From: an uncultured Pseudomonadota bacterium
GTDB lineage: Bacteria > Oederibacteriota > Muellerivitia > Muellerivitales > Muellerivitaceae
NCBI GenBank assembly: GCA_963770835.1
Contig: CAVYRH010000026.1
Span: 256,001 to 320,000 of the forward strand
Direction of reading: 5' to 3'
DNA: 64,000 bases
Shown here: positions 23,047 to 34,053 of the stretch, piece by piece
Position numbering within the stretch: the first letter of the stretch is position 1
How the letters are laid out: every line of letters starts with the position of its first letter
Program-made: the position numbers and the translations under genes
The notes under the pieces: model-generated
Database searches by the model: none
Seen by the model: the letters and a program-made list of their open reading frames with translations, nothing else
Told to the model about the DNA's origin: nothing

Positions 23047-23681
23047 GCGACTTGATCCAAGCCTTTTTTGTGAGGGACCTCTCCCCGGAGGAATCGGACC
23101 TATTGGCCCGAACCCTGGAGAATTCGGGGGACGATGCCCTGCGGTTCGCCTCACTGGGCGAAGCCGCTTACCAGGCCACGGGACTGCCCGCCCACCACTG
23201 GCACGGAGCCAACCCCTGGGGGCCCGGTTGGGGCACCGCCGGGAAGGGAACCACCTTGTTGAAGATCCTCCTGGCCGCCGGGGGATTGGGCGCCGCCTGG
23301 TGGTATTTCCACAGGCCCGCGCCACCTATCCCGGCCTCTCTTTCGTCGATAAAGCCCGTGGAGAGCCTCCAACCTTCCGTGCCCTATTGCCCGCCTAAGC
23401 CCGTCCAACCCTTGTCCTCGGTCCCGGGTATGGAAGGCAAGAACCTGCAGGTGGAAGTCGACGTCGCCCAGCCGGGCCTCGTCACCGTCCGGGTCCTGGA
23501 CCCCCAGGGAGCGGAAGTGCGCCACCTCTACACGGGATTCCTCCAAAAAGGCGGCTGGCGTTTCGCATGGGACGGGCTTCTTTCCGACGGGAAAGCCGCG
23601 CCGGAAGGGCGGTACCTGATTGAGGTGAAATCCGGCCAGGGGAATTTCACCAAGCCGGTGGACCTCTCCACTCACCCGTAA
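23043..23681 (+). CDS. Putative membrane anti-sigma factor with C-terminal FlgD-Ig/CTD-like domain (cassette 1)
   Basis: N-terminal ASD-like helices, one TM (LLKILLAAGGLGAAWWYF), Pro-rich spacer, then VTVRVLDPQGAEVRHL...FAWDGLLSDGKAAPEGRYLIEV (FlgD_ig pattern). Confidence 0.8.
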   Translation: MSDLIQAFFVRDLSPEESDLLARTLENSGDDALRFASLGEAAYQATGLPAHHWHGANPWGPGWGTAGKGTTLLKILLAAGGLGAAWWYFHRPAPPIPASLSSIKPVESLQPSVPYCPPKPVQPLSSVPGMEGKNLQVEVDVAQPGLVTVRVLDPQGAEVRHLYTGFLQKGGWRFAWDGLLSDGKAAPEGRYLIEVKSGQGNFTKPVDLSTHP

Positions 23682-23756
23682 GTCTTCTCCTGGTAAAATA
23701 CCCGTGGGCGGAAAGCGGCGACTGTCTTCGATTTCGCCCAATCGCGGGGGTCACCG

Positions 23757-25025
23757 GTGGCTTGGCAAAAAACCTTTAGGGTCCTTTCGGCTCTTCTTCC
23801 GATGGCGATCCCCTCCGCCCTGGCGGCCCAATCGGTCCTCCCGGCCGCGGGCCTGTCCCTCCCGCTTTACAACGCCGAGGGGTCGGCCCGATCCACGGCC
23901 ATGGGGTCCGCTCTGGTGGGATGGGGCGGGGACGCCGAATCCGTCTTTTGGAATCCGGCGGGTTTGGCCGGTCTTCCGCGCATGGACCTCTCCCTCCACC
24001 ACAACAGCTATTTCGCGGGGACTTTCCAGGAGACACTCCTCTTCGGCGTTCCGTTAGGGCCAAGGGACGGCCTGGCGGTTTTGGCAGATTACGTGAACTG
24101 GGGTTCCTTCGACGAAAGGGATTCGACGGGAAACCTCCTGGGTTCCTTCACGGACACGGATACGGGATTGGGAGTGGGCTGGGGGAGGGAATGGACGAAA
24201 GGATTCTCCGCTGGGTTCACCCTCCGGGGCCTCCAGCAAAAAGTGAAGGACAACACCTATAGCAGCCTGGTGGGCACCCTGGGCCTGCTTTGGACGGTCC
24301 GCCCGGGCCTGGAAGCGGGAGCCACCTATACGAACCTCGGCACCTCATTGGACGGAAACTCCAACGCCAACGACCTCAAGGCGGGCCTTTCCTGGAAGAC
24401 CCGCGCCGCGAAGGATTTGGAAATCCTCACCGCGCTGGCGGGCAGCTGGGAAGAGAACGGGGTGAGCGGGATGCAGGCGGGGATCGAAGGAACCTGGGGG
24501 GGATTCTTCGCCCTGAGGACCGGCTACCAGATGGACTTGAGCGATAACCAGCTGTCGGGCTTGGCGGGTTTGACGGCGGGGGCGGGTTTACAGTTCCGGG
24601 ATTTCCGGCTGGATTACGCCTTCCTTCCCTCAGGTGATCTGGGAACCTCGAACCGCCTGAGCCTGGGTTACGAGTTTCCGCAGGCGCTACCCCCGGCCCC
24701 CGTGACGGTCACGGTGGTAGCCACGCCCGTTCCGGCGGCCCGCGCCCCGGCCCAGCCCGGGTCCTCCCTGGACCTTCGCTTCGAATTGCCGGAAGAGGCG
24801 GGGGAAAATCCCGGTGAGGAGGAGGAAAAGAACCTGGCCTCCTTGGTGGCTGTGGTAGGGCAAACGCCGGGGGACGCCCAAGCCTGGTGGAAACTGGGGA
24901 CGGCTTACTATCACTTGGGAAAAAAACAGGACGCCATCCAGTGTTTCGAGCAGGTTTTGAGGTTGAAGCCGGATAACCCGAAACTGGGGGCCTGGATTGA
25001 GACTTACGAAAAGGCCAAACCGTGA
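23757..25025 (+). CDS. PorV/PorQ-family (FadL-like) outer-membrane beta-barrel fused to a C-terminal TPR domain (cassette 1)
   Basis: Signal peptide, ARSTAMGSA...SVFWNPAGLA N-terminal motif, barrel end LDYAFLPSGDLGTSNRLSLGYEF, then TPR AWWKLGTAYYHLGKKQDAIQCFEQVLRLKPDN. Confidence 0.85.
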   Translation: MAWQKTFRVLSALLPMAIPSALAAQSVLPAAGLSLPLYNAEGSARSTAMGSALVGWGGDAESVFWNPAGLAGLPRMDLSLHHNSYFAGTFQETLLFGVPLGPRDGLAVLADYVNWGSFDERDSTGNLLGSFTDTDTGLGVGWGREWTKGFSAGFTLRGLQQKVKDNTYSSLVGTLGLLWTVRPGLEAGATYTNLGTSLDGNSNANDLKAGLSWKTRAAKDLEILTALAGSWEENGVSGMQAGIEGTWGGFFALRTGYQMDLSDNQLSGLAGLTAGAGLQFRDFRLDYAFLPSGDLGTSNRLSLGYEFPQALPPAPVTVTVVATPVPAARAPAQPGSSLDLRFELPEEAGENPGEEEEKNLASLVAVVGQTPGDAQAWWKLGTAYYHLGKKQDAIQCFEQVLRLKPDNPKLGAWIETYEKAKP

Positions 25026-25060
25026 AAACCAACTTCCAAAGGCCACATCAAAGACTAATT

Positions 25061-25182
25061 AGCCGAAGATGCACACGCGCCCTGAAGCTACAAACCAGCT
25101 TCGATGCACGGATACACACAGATGGAAACAATCTTTCTTATCCATCTTTTAATATCTCTGTTCATATGTGTTCATCTGTGGC
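25061..25182. repeat. Degenerate inverted-repeat element (GATGCACAC/GATACACACAGAT ... ATCTCTGTTCATATGTGTTCATCTGTGGC)
   Basis: AT-richer stretch with short ~10-nt units whose two arms are approximately reverse-complementary. It overlaps the probable start of the next gene. Confidence 0.45.
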
Positions 25183-26596
25183 AAAAATCGTCTTTGGCCT
25201 TTCTGTGTTTTTGCTTTCAGTGGTTCCGTTGTGTGCCCAAACGGCCACGCCCACGCCCCTGCCGGGTACGGGTGACGGGGCGGCTGCGACCTTTTACGGC
25301 AACACCAATTTCACGGGCACTGTCTTTCCTACATACCTGGAAACCATTGGGGATTATTTCGCCTCCTGTTCCCCCGACCCTTCCATATCCCCGGCTTCCT
25401 TCAGCGGTAAATTTACAGCCCAATTGGAACCGGTCTATAGCGAAACCTACACCTTCAGCGCGGTGGTGCAGGGCGGCGTGAGCGTCATCGTCAACGGCAC
25501 ACCCCTGATCAGCCAATGGACCAATTCCGCTTCCACGTCCACTTATACCGGCACTATCGCCCTGACCGCGCTCCAGAGGGTTCCTTTGGAGGTGGATTAT
25601 TTCAAGACCACAACCCCCGGCCAAATTGAACTGTTTTGGAACAGTCCTTCCCAGCCCCAACAGCTGATCCCCATGGACCGTCTTTACAGCGGGCTGACTT
25701 TCTCGCCAACCCCTCCGCCTCAAAACCTGGAAGCTTCCTACGCTCCGGGCTTGACGGTGGACGGCTCGGTTACCGCGGGCGCTTGGTCCTTGGGAACCTG
25801 GACTCCCCTGCACGGGGCCTGGGGGGAGAACCTGGGGATCAACGGCGAGTTCCAGGTGAAGTGGGATTCCAATTACCTCTACCTGGGCTGCCGCATTCAC
25901 AACCCCACGCCCCACGACAGCTTCACCGGGGTTTCGGAGGATTACGACGACGAGTCCATCGAATTCTTTCTCGATATGACCAACCAGCGCGCCGCCTCCA
26001 TCGGGACTGGCGACTTCCAATATCTGCTGCAATGGTCCACCAACGCGATTTCGGAGACGAACAACAACACGGCCGGCGTCCTGGGACAGACCTCCGACAC
26101 GTCCTACGGCTATTCGGCCGTCCTGGCCATCCCCTGGACCACCCTGGGGGTTCCGCCTTCCAGCGCCGCCGTTTACGGGATGGACGTAGGCGCCAATCTT
26201 TGTCCCCAGCCGGGTTGCCCCCTTTCCCGCCTGAGGTGGAACGGGAGCATCCTGGACGCGGAGGATACGCGCCCCTACGGCGACCTGACCCTCCAGCCGC
26301 CGCCTCCCTCCCTAGGTCCGGCCCAAACGCCTTATTTTTATCCCGAACCGGCCTACGGAAATTACGTGAACCTGGCCTATGACATGCGGGAACCCGGGAC
26401 GATGAAACTCCGGGTCTGGAACGCCGCCGGCAACTTGGTGGCCACCCTCAATGACCGCAAGGGAGCCGGGAATCAGGTCAGCTACCTGCCCATCAGCGGG
26501 TTTGCTGCGGGCCATTATTTCTACAACATCACCCTTTCCTACGATTCAGGGGACGTGGACGACTTCAAAACCCAGGTCCTTCCCATCCAAAAATAA
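25166..26596 (+). CDS. Secreted non-catalytic sugar-binding protein: PA14 domain, CBM9/DOMON-like domain and variant CTD (cassette 1)
   Basis: PA14 pattern FSGKFTAQLEPVYSETYTF...LISQW...IELFWNSPSQPQQLIP; CBM9-like VKWDSNYLYLG...DESIEFFLD...AIPWTTLG; CTD YPEP...GHYFY. Start is uncertain (ORF track 25022; ATG 25166 gives a signal peptide). Confidence 0.78.
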   Translation: MCSSVAKIVFGLSVFLLSVVPLCAQTATPTPLPGTGDGAAATFYGNTNFTGTVFPTYLETIGDYFASCSPDPSISPASFSGKFTAQLEPVYSETYTFSAVVQGGVSVIVNGTPLISQWTNSASTSTYTGTIALTALQRVPLEVDYFKTTTPGQIELFWNSPSQPQQLIPMDRLYSGLTFSPTPPPQNLEASYAPGLTVDGSVTAGAWSLGTWTPLHGAWGENLGINGEFQVKWDSNYLYLGCRIHNPTPHDSFTGVSEDYDDESIEFFLDMTNQRAASIGTGDFQYLLQWSTNAISETNNNTAGVLGQTSDTSYGYSAVLAIPWTTLGVPPSSAAVYGMDVGANLCPQPGCPLSRLRWNGSILDAEDTRPYGDLTLQPPPPSLGPAQTPYFYPEPAYGNYVNLAYDMREPGTMKLRVWNAAGNLVATLNDRKGAGNQVSYLPISGFAAGHYFYNITLSYDSGDVDDFKTQVLPIQK

Positions 26597-26652
26597 TTTC
26601 CGGCCGGGCGTTTAACCTTGGCCTTTCACCCCCGCTTTTTCAGCCCCCCCGT

Positions 26653-26681
26653 GGAATAAACCCCTCCAACATCCGGACTAA
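26653..26681 (+). promoter_or_regulatory. Putative ECF-sigma promoter GGAATAAACC-...-GGACTAA upstream of the first GH44
   Basis: Both elements match the cassette-1 promoter (GGAATAAACC / GGACTAA); the spacer is 1 nt longer. Confidence 0.6.
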
Positions 26682-26803
26682 CCTCGGTCAAGCGGTCAAA
26701 TCGAAACCGGGGTTTCGCTTTTCCCCCCGGTATTTTTCGCAACTCGGCTGGAAACGTTTCAAATTTTTCCAACTTCCAAGCCGGGACCACAAGGGAAGAA
26801 CGA

Positions 26804-29800
26804 ATGACCAAATCGAGAAAATTCAACCTGGGGGCCCTGTCCCTTTTCCTGGCCCTTACGGGAAGCGCCTCCGCGGCCACGGTGGGCTTTACCATCGACC
26901 CCACCCAGGGCAACACTCCCATCAACCCTTATGCCTATGGTTCCAACGACGCGATAGCAGGCACCAAGATCACGGTCAACCGTTTGGGCGGCGACCGGCT
27001 GACGGCCTACAATTGGGAAACCAATTGGTCCAATTGCGGGGGGGACTGCAACGGCACCTATGAGAACGATACCTACCTGGGCGACAGCACGAATGGTCCC
27101 GCTTGGGCGGAAACTTCCTTTCACACGGCCAATAAAGCGGCAGGCGCCGATTCGCTGGTCACGCTCCAACTGGCGGGTTTTGTCGCCGCCGACAAGGCCG
27201 GCACGGTGCCCGCTTCGCAATTTGCCCCCCCGGCGGGCACAAGGTTCTTGCCGATCCTTTTCGTGAAACCGGGCGCCCCTGGTTCCTACGCCGATCCCCC
27301 CAACACGACCGATGGCGTTGTTTACATCGACGAATTCGTCAACTATCTCGTCAACCACCTCGGCAGTTCAACCAACGGCGGGATCAAATTTTACGATTTG
27401 GACAATGAGCCGGGGATCTGGACGACAACCCACGTGGAAATCCGGAACAATGACCAGCCTACTTACGCGGAAATCTCCGGAAAAGGAATCACGGTCGCCA
27501 CCCAGACGACGGCGATCGATCCTGGCGCGCAGATTTTAGGACCGGTGGCCTATGGCTGGGGCGACTACATCAACTTCAGCGGCGCCTCGGATTCGGCCAC
27601 TGAGGACGCCATTTACGACAACGGCAACTGGGTTCCCTTCCTCAATTACTACCTGGCCCAAATGCACGCCGCCTCCACCGCCGCCGGTCGCCGGCTCCTG
27701 CATTACCTTGACCTGCACGCCTACGACGAAGCCACCGACGCCGCCGGCAACGCGGTCGATACCGATGATGTCAGCCAGGACGCCGCCACAACCCGTATGC
27801 AGAACCCCCGCCAGATGTGGGACCCCACTTACAACAACTGGAATAATCTCTGGATCAACTGCTGTGTTCCCAACGGGCCCGTCACCCTCATCCCGCGCCT
27901 GTTGGCCGCCGCCGCCCAGTATTATCCCGGCACGAAAGTCTCCTTCACGGAGTACGCCTACGGGGCAGGCAGCGATATCTCGGGCGGTATCGCGGAAGCG
28001 GACCTCCTGGGCATTTTTGGAAAGTACGGGTGCTTGGCCACCTATTGGGCCCTCGATGACGTCGAAACATACATACCCTCCGCCTTCAACCTTTATGTCG
28101 ATTACGACGGGGCCGGGTCCCATTTTGGGGACACGGCGGTCACCGCCGTGTCCGGCAACATCCCCGAGGCCACGGTTTACGCGGCCAAGGACATCAGCCA
28201 TCCCAACCATTTGAATGTCATCATCCTCTGCAAGGACTACAGCGCCAACGATACGGCCAGCGTGACCATCAACAGCCTCTCGGCGGGCCAATCCATCTCC
28301 TCTATCCGGGCCTTCCGTTTCGACTCCGCCATCACCGCTTTATCCCCCTCCACGGCCCCGGCCTTTACGGCCAACACTTTTACCGATACCCTGCCGTTCC
28401 GTTCCGCCAGTTTTTACGAACTCACCTTAAGCCAGGGCTTCGCCACCGCTACCCCCACCAACAGCGCCACCCCCACCGCCACCCCGTCCAACACCCCCAC
28501 GGCCACGCCCACCAACACGGGGACCTTGCCCACTTACACCCCCAGTCCCACCCGAACCCCCACTTCGACCGCCACCAGCAGCCCGACCATCACCCTAAGC
28601 CCAACGGCCACGGTGATCTGCACCACTCTTTTCAATTCCTGCGACAGCCTGACGGCCAACGGCACCTGGAGCGGCACCAACGCCACCCGGACCCTTTCCA
28701 CCACCGACGTCACCCAGGGAACGGACGACCTGCAGGTGAACGTGACCACTGCCTCCAATTGGAACACGCAGATCTTCAACCTGACCGGCTTCACGCCCAA
28801 CGTCTGGAGCAACGTGACCCAGGTCATTATGGACGTTTACGTCTCCCCCTCGCTCATTTCCGCCACCTCCACCTACCACCAGCTTACGATTCTCGCGGAC
28901 ACCGCCACAATAAGCCAGGCGTCCATCTCGGACACGCCGGACCTGAACTCGGGCGCCAACAGCGTGACTTTCAACATCTCCTTTGCCGCGGCGGGTTTTC
29001 CCTCCACCACGGCCTTGACCAAGATTTACTTCGTCTACAACACCGATTCCACGGGAACGGGAAGCTTCTACGTTGACAACATCCGCCTGGTGCAGGCCTG
29101 CGCCGCCACGCCCACCCCTACCCCTTCCGGGCCCACGAACACGCCGACCTTCAGCCCCACGGCCTCGGTGACCCGCACCGCGACGGCCACGGCCTCGCCC
29201 ACGCCCACCCGGACGCCCAGCTTCACCCCCACCCTGACGGCCACGGTAACCGCCACCAATAGCCCCGGCAATACTTCCACCCCTACCTCCTCGCCCACTT
29301 CAAGCCCGACGGGGACTCCTTCCAACACCTGCACGAACAGCCCGACCCTGACGGCTTCCGCGACCGCCACGAACTCGCAAACGCCGACCTCCACGGGAAC
29401 CCCCAGCAACAGCCCCACCCACTCGCCCTCCGCGACGTCCACCCGGACCACCACCTCCACTTCAACCCCGACCGCCAGCTATACGTCTTCCAACACGCTT
29501 ACTTTGACGGCTACGGCCTCACCCACGGGTACCCCCACCTCCACAGGCACGCCGACTGCGACCTCGACGGGGACCCACTCCACGGCCACCGATTCCCCCA
29601 CCCTGACAACTTCCCCAACGGCTTCTTCCACGGCGACTTCCACCGTCACGTCCACCCCCACCGCCACGGTCACGAATTCGGCCACGGCCTCGGCAACTCG
29701 TTCGGCGACCGCCAGCCCGTCCTCCACGCCAAGCCGAACCCCGACGGCGACCTTCACCTTTTCACCAACCTCCACCCCCACCTTTACAACCACCTTGACG

Positions 29801-30706
29801 GAAACTTCAACACCTACTTCCACCCCGACCAACACTCTTATTAATACGGGAACCCCCACCCTCACCCCGACGGCGACAGCCACGCCTTCCAAGACTCCGA
29901 CCAACACCCCCGCCCCGGTGACCGTCACAGCGTCCCAAGGTTCCAACCCCCCGGGAAATTCGAGCCAATTGCCGGGGACCGCCAATGTCCCCGTCCAGCA
30001 AGTCGTACTGACCAACCCCAGCGCCTCCTCCGTCAACCTGACGGGATTAACCTTATCCGTTTCCGGCACTGGCAACCCGGCCAACATCACCAGCGTGACC
30101 TTGTACGCCAACGGGGTGGTTGTAGATACCCTGCTCCTCACCGGGTCCAGCGCCACCTTTCTGCTCAGTTCCACCTTATCCGCTTCCTCGGGTGTGACTT
30201 ATACGGTGACGGCCAATTTCGGGACGGGCTCCAGCGGCATCTATGCCTTCAGCGTGACGGGAGCGTCAGGAAACAACGGCCAGGCGGTGCTGTTTAGCCC
30301 CCTGCCGGTCGCGGGCGCGATGGTGACGGTGGCCCATGCGACCCCAACGTCCAGTACCACCCCGACCTCCACCCCCACTTCCACCCGGACAGCCCCGCCC
30401 ACCAACACCCCCACGCCTCCCAGCCAGTTTCCCCCGCTGGTCTTCCCCAATCCCGCCCAGGGACCGGGGCCGGTAACCCTCGAATTCTGGCTGCCGCAGT
30501 CCTACGGCCAGGCCGAGGTCAAAATCTTCACGACCTCCTTCCGCATGGTCCGGGAAGACTTCGTCAAGGACCCCACGGGCGGGATCAACCGGGTTTCCCT
30601 GGAACTGGAGGACCGGTGGGGAAATCCCCTTGCCAACGGGCTTTACTACGTCGTGGTGCAATGGCCCGAGGGAATGTCGGTAACGAAGCTTTTGATCCTC
30701 CGGTAA
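26804..30706 (+). CDS. Secreted GH44 endoglucanase/xyloglucanase with internal CBM-like module, Thr-rich linkers, Ig-like module and CTD
   Basis: [33 protein letters not shown] (acid/base), [15 protein letters not shown] (nucleophile), ADLLGIFG. Confidence 0.9.
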   Translation: MTKSRKFNLGALSLFLALTGSASAATVGFTIDPTQGNTPINPYAYGSNDAIAGTKITVNRLGGDRLTAYNWETNWSNCGGDCNGTYENDTYLGDSTNGPAWAETSFHTANKAAGADSLVTLQLAGFVAADKAGTVPASQFAPPAGTRFLPILFVKPGAPGSYADPPNTTDGVVYIDEFVNYLVNHLGSSTNGGIKFYDLDNEPGIWTTTHVEIRNNDQPTYAEISGKGITVATQTTAIDPGAQILGPVAYGWGDYINFSGASDSATEDAIYDNGNWVPFLNYYLAQMHAASTAAGRRLLHYLDLHAYDEATDAAGNAVDTDDVSQDAATTRMQNPRQMWDPTYNNWNNLWINCCVPNGPVTLIPRLLAAAAQYYPGTKVSFTEYAYGAGSDISGGIAEADLLGIFGKYGCLATYWALDDVETYIPSAFNLYVDYDGAGSHFGDTAVTAVSGNIPEATVYAAKDISHPNHLNVIILCKDYSANDTASVTINSLSAGQSISSIRAFRFDSAITALSPSTAPAFTANTFTDTLPFRSASFYELTLSQGFATATPTNSATPTATPSNTPTATPTNTGTLPTYTPSPTRTPTSTATSSPTITLSPTATVICTTLFNSCDSLTANGTWSGTNATRTLSTTDVTQGTDDLQVNVTTASNWNTQIFNLTGFTPNVWSNVTQVIMDVYVSPSLISATSTYHQLTILADTATISQASISDTPDLNSGANSVTFNISFAAAGFPSTTALTKIYFVYNTDSTGTGSFYVDNIRLVQACAATPTPTPSGPTNTPTFSPTASVTRTATATASPTPTRTPSFTPTLTATVTATNSPGNTSTPTSSPTSSPTGTPSNTCTNSPTLTASATATNSQTPTSTGTPSNSPTHSPSATSTRTTTSTSTPTASYTSSNTLTLTATASPTGTPTSTGTPTATSTGTHSTATDSPTLTTSPTASSTATSTVTSTPTATVTNSATASATRSATASPSSTPSRTPTATFTFSPTSTPTFTTTLTETSTPTSTPTNTLINTGTPTLTPTATATPSKTPTNTPAPVTVTASQGSNPPGNSSQLPGTANVPVQQVVLTNPSASSVNLTGLTLSVSGTGNPANITSVTLYANGVVVDTLLLTGSSATFLLSSTLSASSGVTYTVTANFGTGSSGIYAFSVTGASGNNGQAVLFSPLPVAGAMVTVAHATPTSSTTPTSTPTSTRTAPPTNTPTPPSQFPPLVFPNPAQGPGPVTLEFWLPQSYGQAEVKIFTTSFRMVREDFVKDPTGGINRVSLELEDRWGNPLANGLYYVVVQWPEGMSVTKLLILR

Positions 30707-30742
30707 GTCCAGAGGAGGCAGAAAAAAGGATTCTGGAAAATC

Positions 30743-33700
30743 ATGTTCCCCCTTTCAATGATTCAGTCGTGGTTTCGCGGGGACGGGGTTTCCTGGCCCC
30801 GGTGTCCTTTCCTGTTGCTGGCCTTCGGGACAGCCTTCTTTCTCCTCCAGGTCCCGGCCCATTCCCAAACCCCGGTTTGTGCCTCCAGCCAATATGCCCA
30901 GGGGGGACAGGGCTGCTATTACCCCCCAACGGCTTCCACCGACACATGTTCGGGAAACGGTGTCACCACTTCCAACCTTCAAACCGAAGCCATCAACCAG
31001 TTTTACACTTATGGGGCATCGGGCGTGTCCGTGCTTTATTGCGGGGGTGACAACGGAAACGGCACCAGTACGATCACCATGCATTGCGTGCCTCCCCCCA
31101 ACGCCACCATCGTGGCGGCTTACCTGGAGGTGGTGGAGGAGGCCTTTTGCGCCTCCTGTGCCGACAATTCCTCCATGGGGTTCGCCGGGGGTACTTTGGC
31201 CGCCGGGACCCTCGTGGGGCAGGTCAATTATCAAAACGACTGGAACGACCCGAGGTACGGCCCGGACGTCCTGGGAGGCAATTGGGCGCTTTATTTTTGG
31301 GACGTCCGCTATTCGGTGCCGGTCAATTTGGTCAGCGGAGGCGCGTCGACTTACGCCCTGCCGAGCACCCCTAATTTTGCCATTTCCGAGTCCCTGGTGA
31401 TCGTCTATACGGTTCCCGCCCCGGGCATTTGCAGCGCCGTGGCCTTGGGCGACGGGCTTATCGCCTGGGACGTCGGTGGAAGTCATGTGCTTAATTACGG
31501 GATTACCCCCTCCGGTTCGACCCTGGACTGGAGCTGCGCGGATAACGACCTCTTAAACTGCGTTTCCAGCGGGTTTTCCGTCTTCGGGGGAAGTGATAAC
31601 GCCGAGCCTGGCACCCCGGCCTTTAACGACCAGTTCCTCAGCGCCCCCAGCGGCGGGTCCGTACTGGCCAGTTCGCCGGACTGCGGGTTTACCAATGCCT
31701 GCGGCACTGAGGAGCAAGATACCGATTTTTCCTTTGAGACCACCTACTCTTCCATCCCGGCCTTTTCGGGGCCGGATCGGGTCACCTGGGCCTTGGGCAA
31801 CGCCCTGGATTCGTCCAAGGAGAATTTTTGGGTCAACCTCATGGCGGCTTCCTGCGCCGGCATCTGCGTCTCCCCCACGCCCTCTTCCACCCCCACCAAC
31901 AGCCCCACCTCCACGCCCACATCCACCCCGACCTTGACCCCCACCGCCACCCCAACCCCGACCGGTACCTGGTTCACTTCCACCCTCACCGACAGCCCCA
32001 CCTCCACCGCCAGTTCCACGGCCACGGCAACGGCCACTTTTACGTCCACCGCGACGGCGACCTCAAGCCCCACCAGCAGCCGGACCCCGACCTCCACTCA
32101 CACCATAACCCTGACCGCGACCGCCACTTCCACGGCTTTAGCGACGGACTCCCCCACCCAAAGCTTCACTGCCACCCTGTCCTCCACCACCACCCCGACA
32201 GCCACCGTGACGGGTACGGCCTCAGCCACCGGAACTTCCACGGTGACCGCCACCAGTTCGATGACGGCTAGCGCGACAGCTTCCTTTACACAAAGCTGGA
32301 CGTCGACCCTTACTGCCAGCGGAACGCCGACCTCATCGCCCACCGCCACCTTTTCTTGGACTCGAACTTCCACTTCCACAGCGACTTCGACCTCCACGAA
32401 TAGCGCCACTTCTACGTTGACGGCTACGCCGTCAAGTACTTCTACGGGCACATCCACCTCGACGCTGACCGGTACACCCACCGCCACCCTTAGCCCGACC
32501 TTGACCGCCACCGTCACTTCCACCCTCTCTAGCACGGGAACCCCCACCCGTACGGCCACACTCTCCCCCACGTCCACGTCCACCCTTACCGCGACAGATA
32601 GAGATACACCCACGATCACCTTTACCCCCACCCGCACAGCCAGTTTCACGCCGACTTGGACGCCCACCCTTTCCGCGACCTCCACGGCCACCGCCACTAT
32701 CACCTTCACTCCGACCCCCACCCACTCCCCAACGCCGACCCATTCCCCCACTCTGACCTCCACCGCCACCCCAACGGGCACCTTTACCCGAACAGCCACA
32801 CCCAGCCCAACCTCCACCCCCACCTTCAGCCCGACGATCACCTTCACCCCGACTATCACCCCGACACCCACCAGGACGGGCACCCCCCTTCCTTTCGCCC
32901 CCATTACGTTTAAAATCGGCGTCTATAACGGAGCGGGAGAGCTCGTCAAATACATCCTGGTCACCTCCATCTCCGCGCCCGTCGAATCCATCCAGCTTTC
33001 CGCCCCGGTGGAAACCAGCTTGAACGGGGTTATATCGGTTTACGTGCAGGGCAAGTTGGTGGCTTCCTGGGATGGAACCAACGGAAGCGGTACACCGGTC
33101 ACCAACGGCACCTATTACCTCACTGCCCAAAGCATCGACCCCGCGGGGGTGGTGACCACGGTCACCCAGACGGTAACCGTCAGCCGGACCCTTTCCACCG
33201 TGGCTGTGGAGGTTTACAACGAATCGGGCGAGGTGATCCGGCACCTTTATGAAACGGTGGTGGATTCGACGGAGGGCTCCATCCAATCCGTTCAACTTTC
33301 CGCCTCCCTCATCGAACCGGGCTCCACCTCGGCCGGGATGCCGTCCTCCGCCACCATCCAGGTCGCCCTCCCCAACAACGAGAGCTTCACCGTGGTTTGG
33401 GACGGGAGGGACGATTCGGGAAATCCCGTCACCAACGGCCAGTATTTCGTGGAAGCTTCCTGGAAGGGGGGGCCGGGTGACAGCGCCCAAGTGGTCACCC
33501 GGGACATCGCGGTGGAAAACAGCGGAAGGAGCCTGGCAGGCGGCAAAGTTTATGCCCTTCCCAATATCCTCCAAGGCGGACAGGCGGAAACGGTTTTCCG
33601 GATCGACAGTGCCTCCAACCTCACCCTGAAGGTGAAGCTTTATGACACGGCGGGCGAGAGGGTGGCTTCCTTCGACGGCCCGGCCGGGTCCAACGAGGCC

Positions 33701-33811
33701 GCCTTCGACGCGGCACGCCTTGCCAGCGGGTTTTATATCGCCCTAGTGGAACTGGATGACGCCGCCGGTCCGGTTGAACACCAAACCGCCCACCTCGTGA
33801 TCAAGCGTTGA
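30743..33811 (+). CDS. Secreted protein of unknown function: Cys-rich N-terminal domain, Thr-rich stalk, tandem FlgD-Ig-like C-terminal domains
   Basis: Signal-like N-terminus and repeated VYNxxGE...WDG...G.PVTNG.Y modules. No catalytic motif recognised. Confidence 0.75.
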   Translation: MFPLSMIQSWFRGDGVSWPRCPFLLLAFGTAFFLLQVPAHSQTPVCASSQYAQGGQGCYYPPTASTDTCSGNGVTTSNLQTEAINQFYTYGASGVSVLYCGGDNGNGTSTITMHCVPPPNATIVAAYLEVVEEAFCASCADNSSMGFAGGTLAAGTLVGQVNYQNDWNDPRYGPDVLGGNWALYFWDVRYSVPVNLVSGGASTYALPSTPNFAISESLVIVYTVPAPGICSAVALGDGLIAWDVGGSHVLNYGITPSGSTLDWSCADNDLLNCVSSGFSVFGGSDNAEPGTPAFNDQFLSAPSGGSVLASSPDCGFTNACGTEEQDTDFSFETTYSSIPAFSGPDRVTWALGNALDSSKENFWVNLMAASCAGICVSPTPSSTPTNSPTSTPTSTPTLTPTATPTPTGTWFTSTLTDSPTSTASSTATATATFTSTATATSSPTSSRTPTSTHTITLTATATSTALATDSPTQSFTATLSSTTTPTATVTGTASATGTSTVTATSSMTASATASFTQSWTSTLTASGTPTSSPTATFSWTRTSTSTATSTSTNSATSTLTATPSSTSTGTSTSTLTGTPTATLSPTLTATVTSTLSSTGTPTRTATLSPTSTSTLTATDRDTPTITFTPTRTASFTPTWTPTLSATSTATATITFTPTPTHSPTPTHSPTLTSTATPTGTFTRTATPSPTSTPTFSPTITFTPTITPTPTRTGTPLPFAPITFKIGVYNGAGELVKYILVTSISAPVESIQLSAPVETSLNGVISVYVQGKLVASWDGTNGSGTPVTNGTYYLTAQSIDPAGVVTTVTQTVTVSRTLSTVAVEVYNESGEVIRHLYETVVDSTEGSIQSVQLSASLIEPGSTSAGMPSSATIQVALPNNESFTVVWDGRDDSGNPVTNGQYFVEASWKGGPGDSAQVVTRDIAVENSGRSLAGGKVYALPNILQGGQAETVFRIDSASNLTLKVKLYDTAGERVASFDGPAGSNEAAFDAARLASGFYIALVELDDAAGPVEHQTAHLVIKR

Positions 33812-34053
33812 ATCGGTCCCCTCCGGTTTAACTGCCTTTTCCCACATTCGCCTGAAATTCCAGGGTTTCCGCGGGTCCCAACCGCCGATTTTGGAGCCGG
33901 GGGATTCCGTTTAACGGTTTTGTCTTTTTCCAAGACTTCCCGGCAGGCAGTTTAGTGTTAAAATTTTTCCGCAGGGATTGGCAGCAATCCGCGGATATTT
34001 TTTACCGCTAAATTCCCCCAATTCCTTCCGCTTCGAAGGTCATTGGGACAATC

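Noticed and set aside
23043..23681. Flagellar hook-capping FlgD gene
   Set aside because: Only the generic Ig-like module matches. The N-terminus is anti-sigma-like with a TM helix, and there are no flagellar genes nearby.
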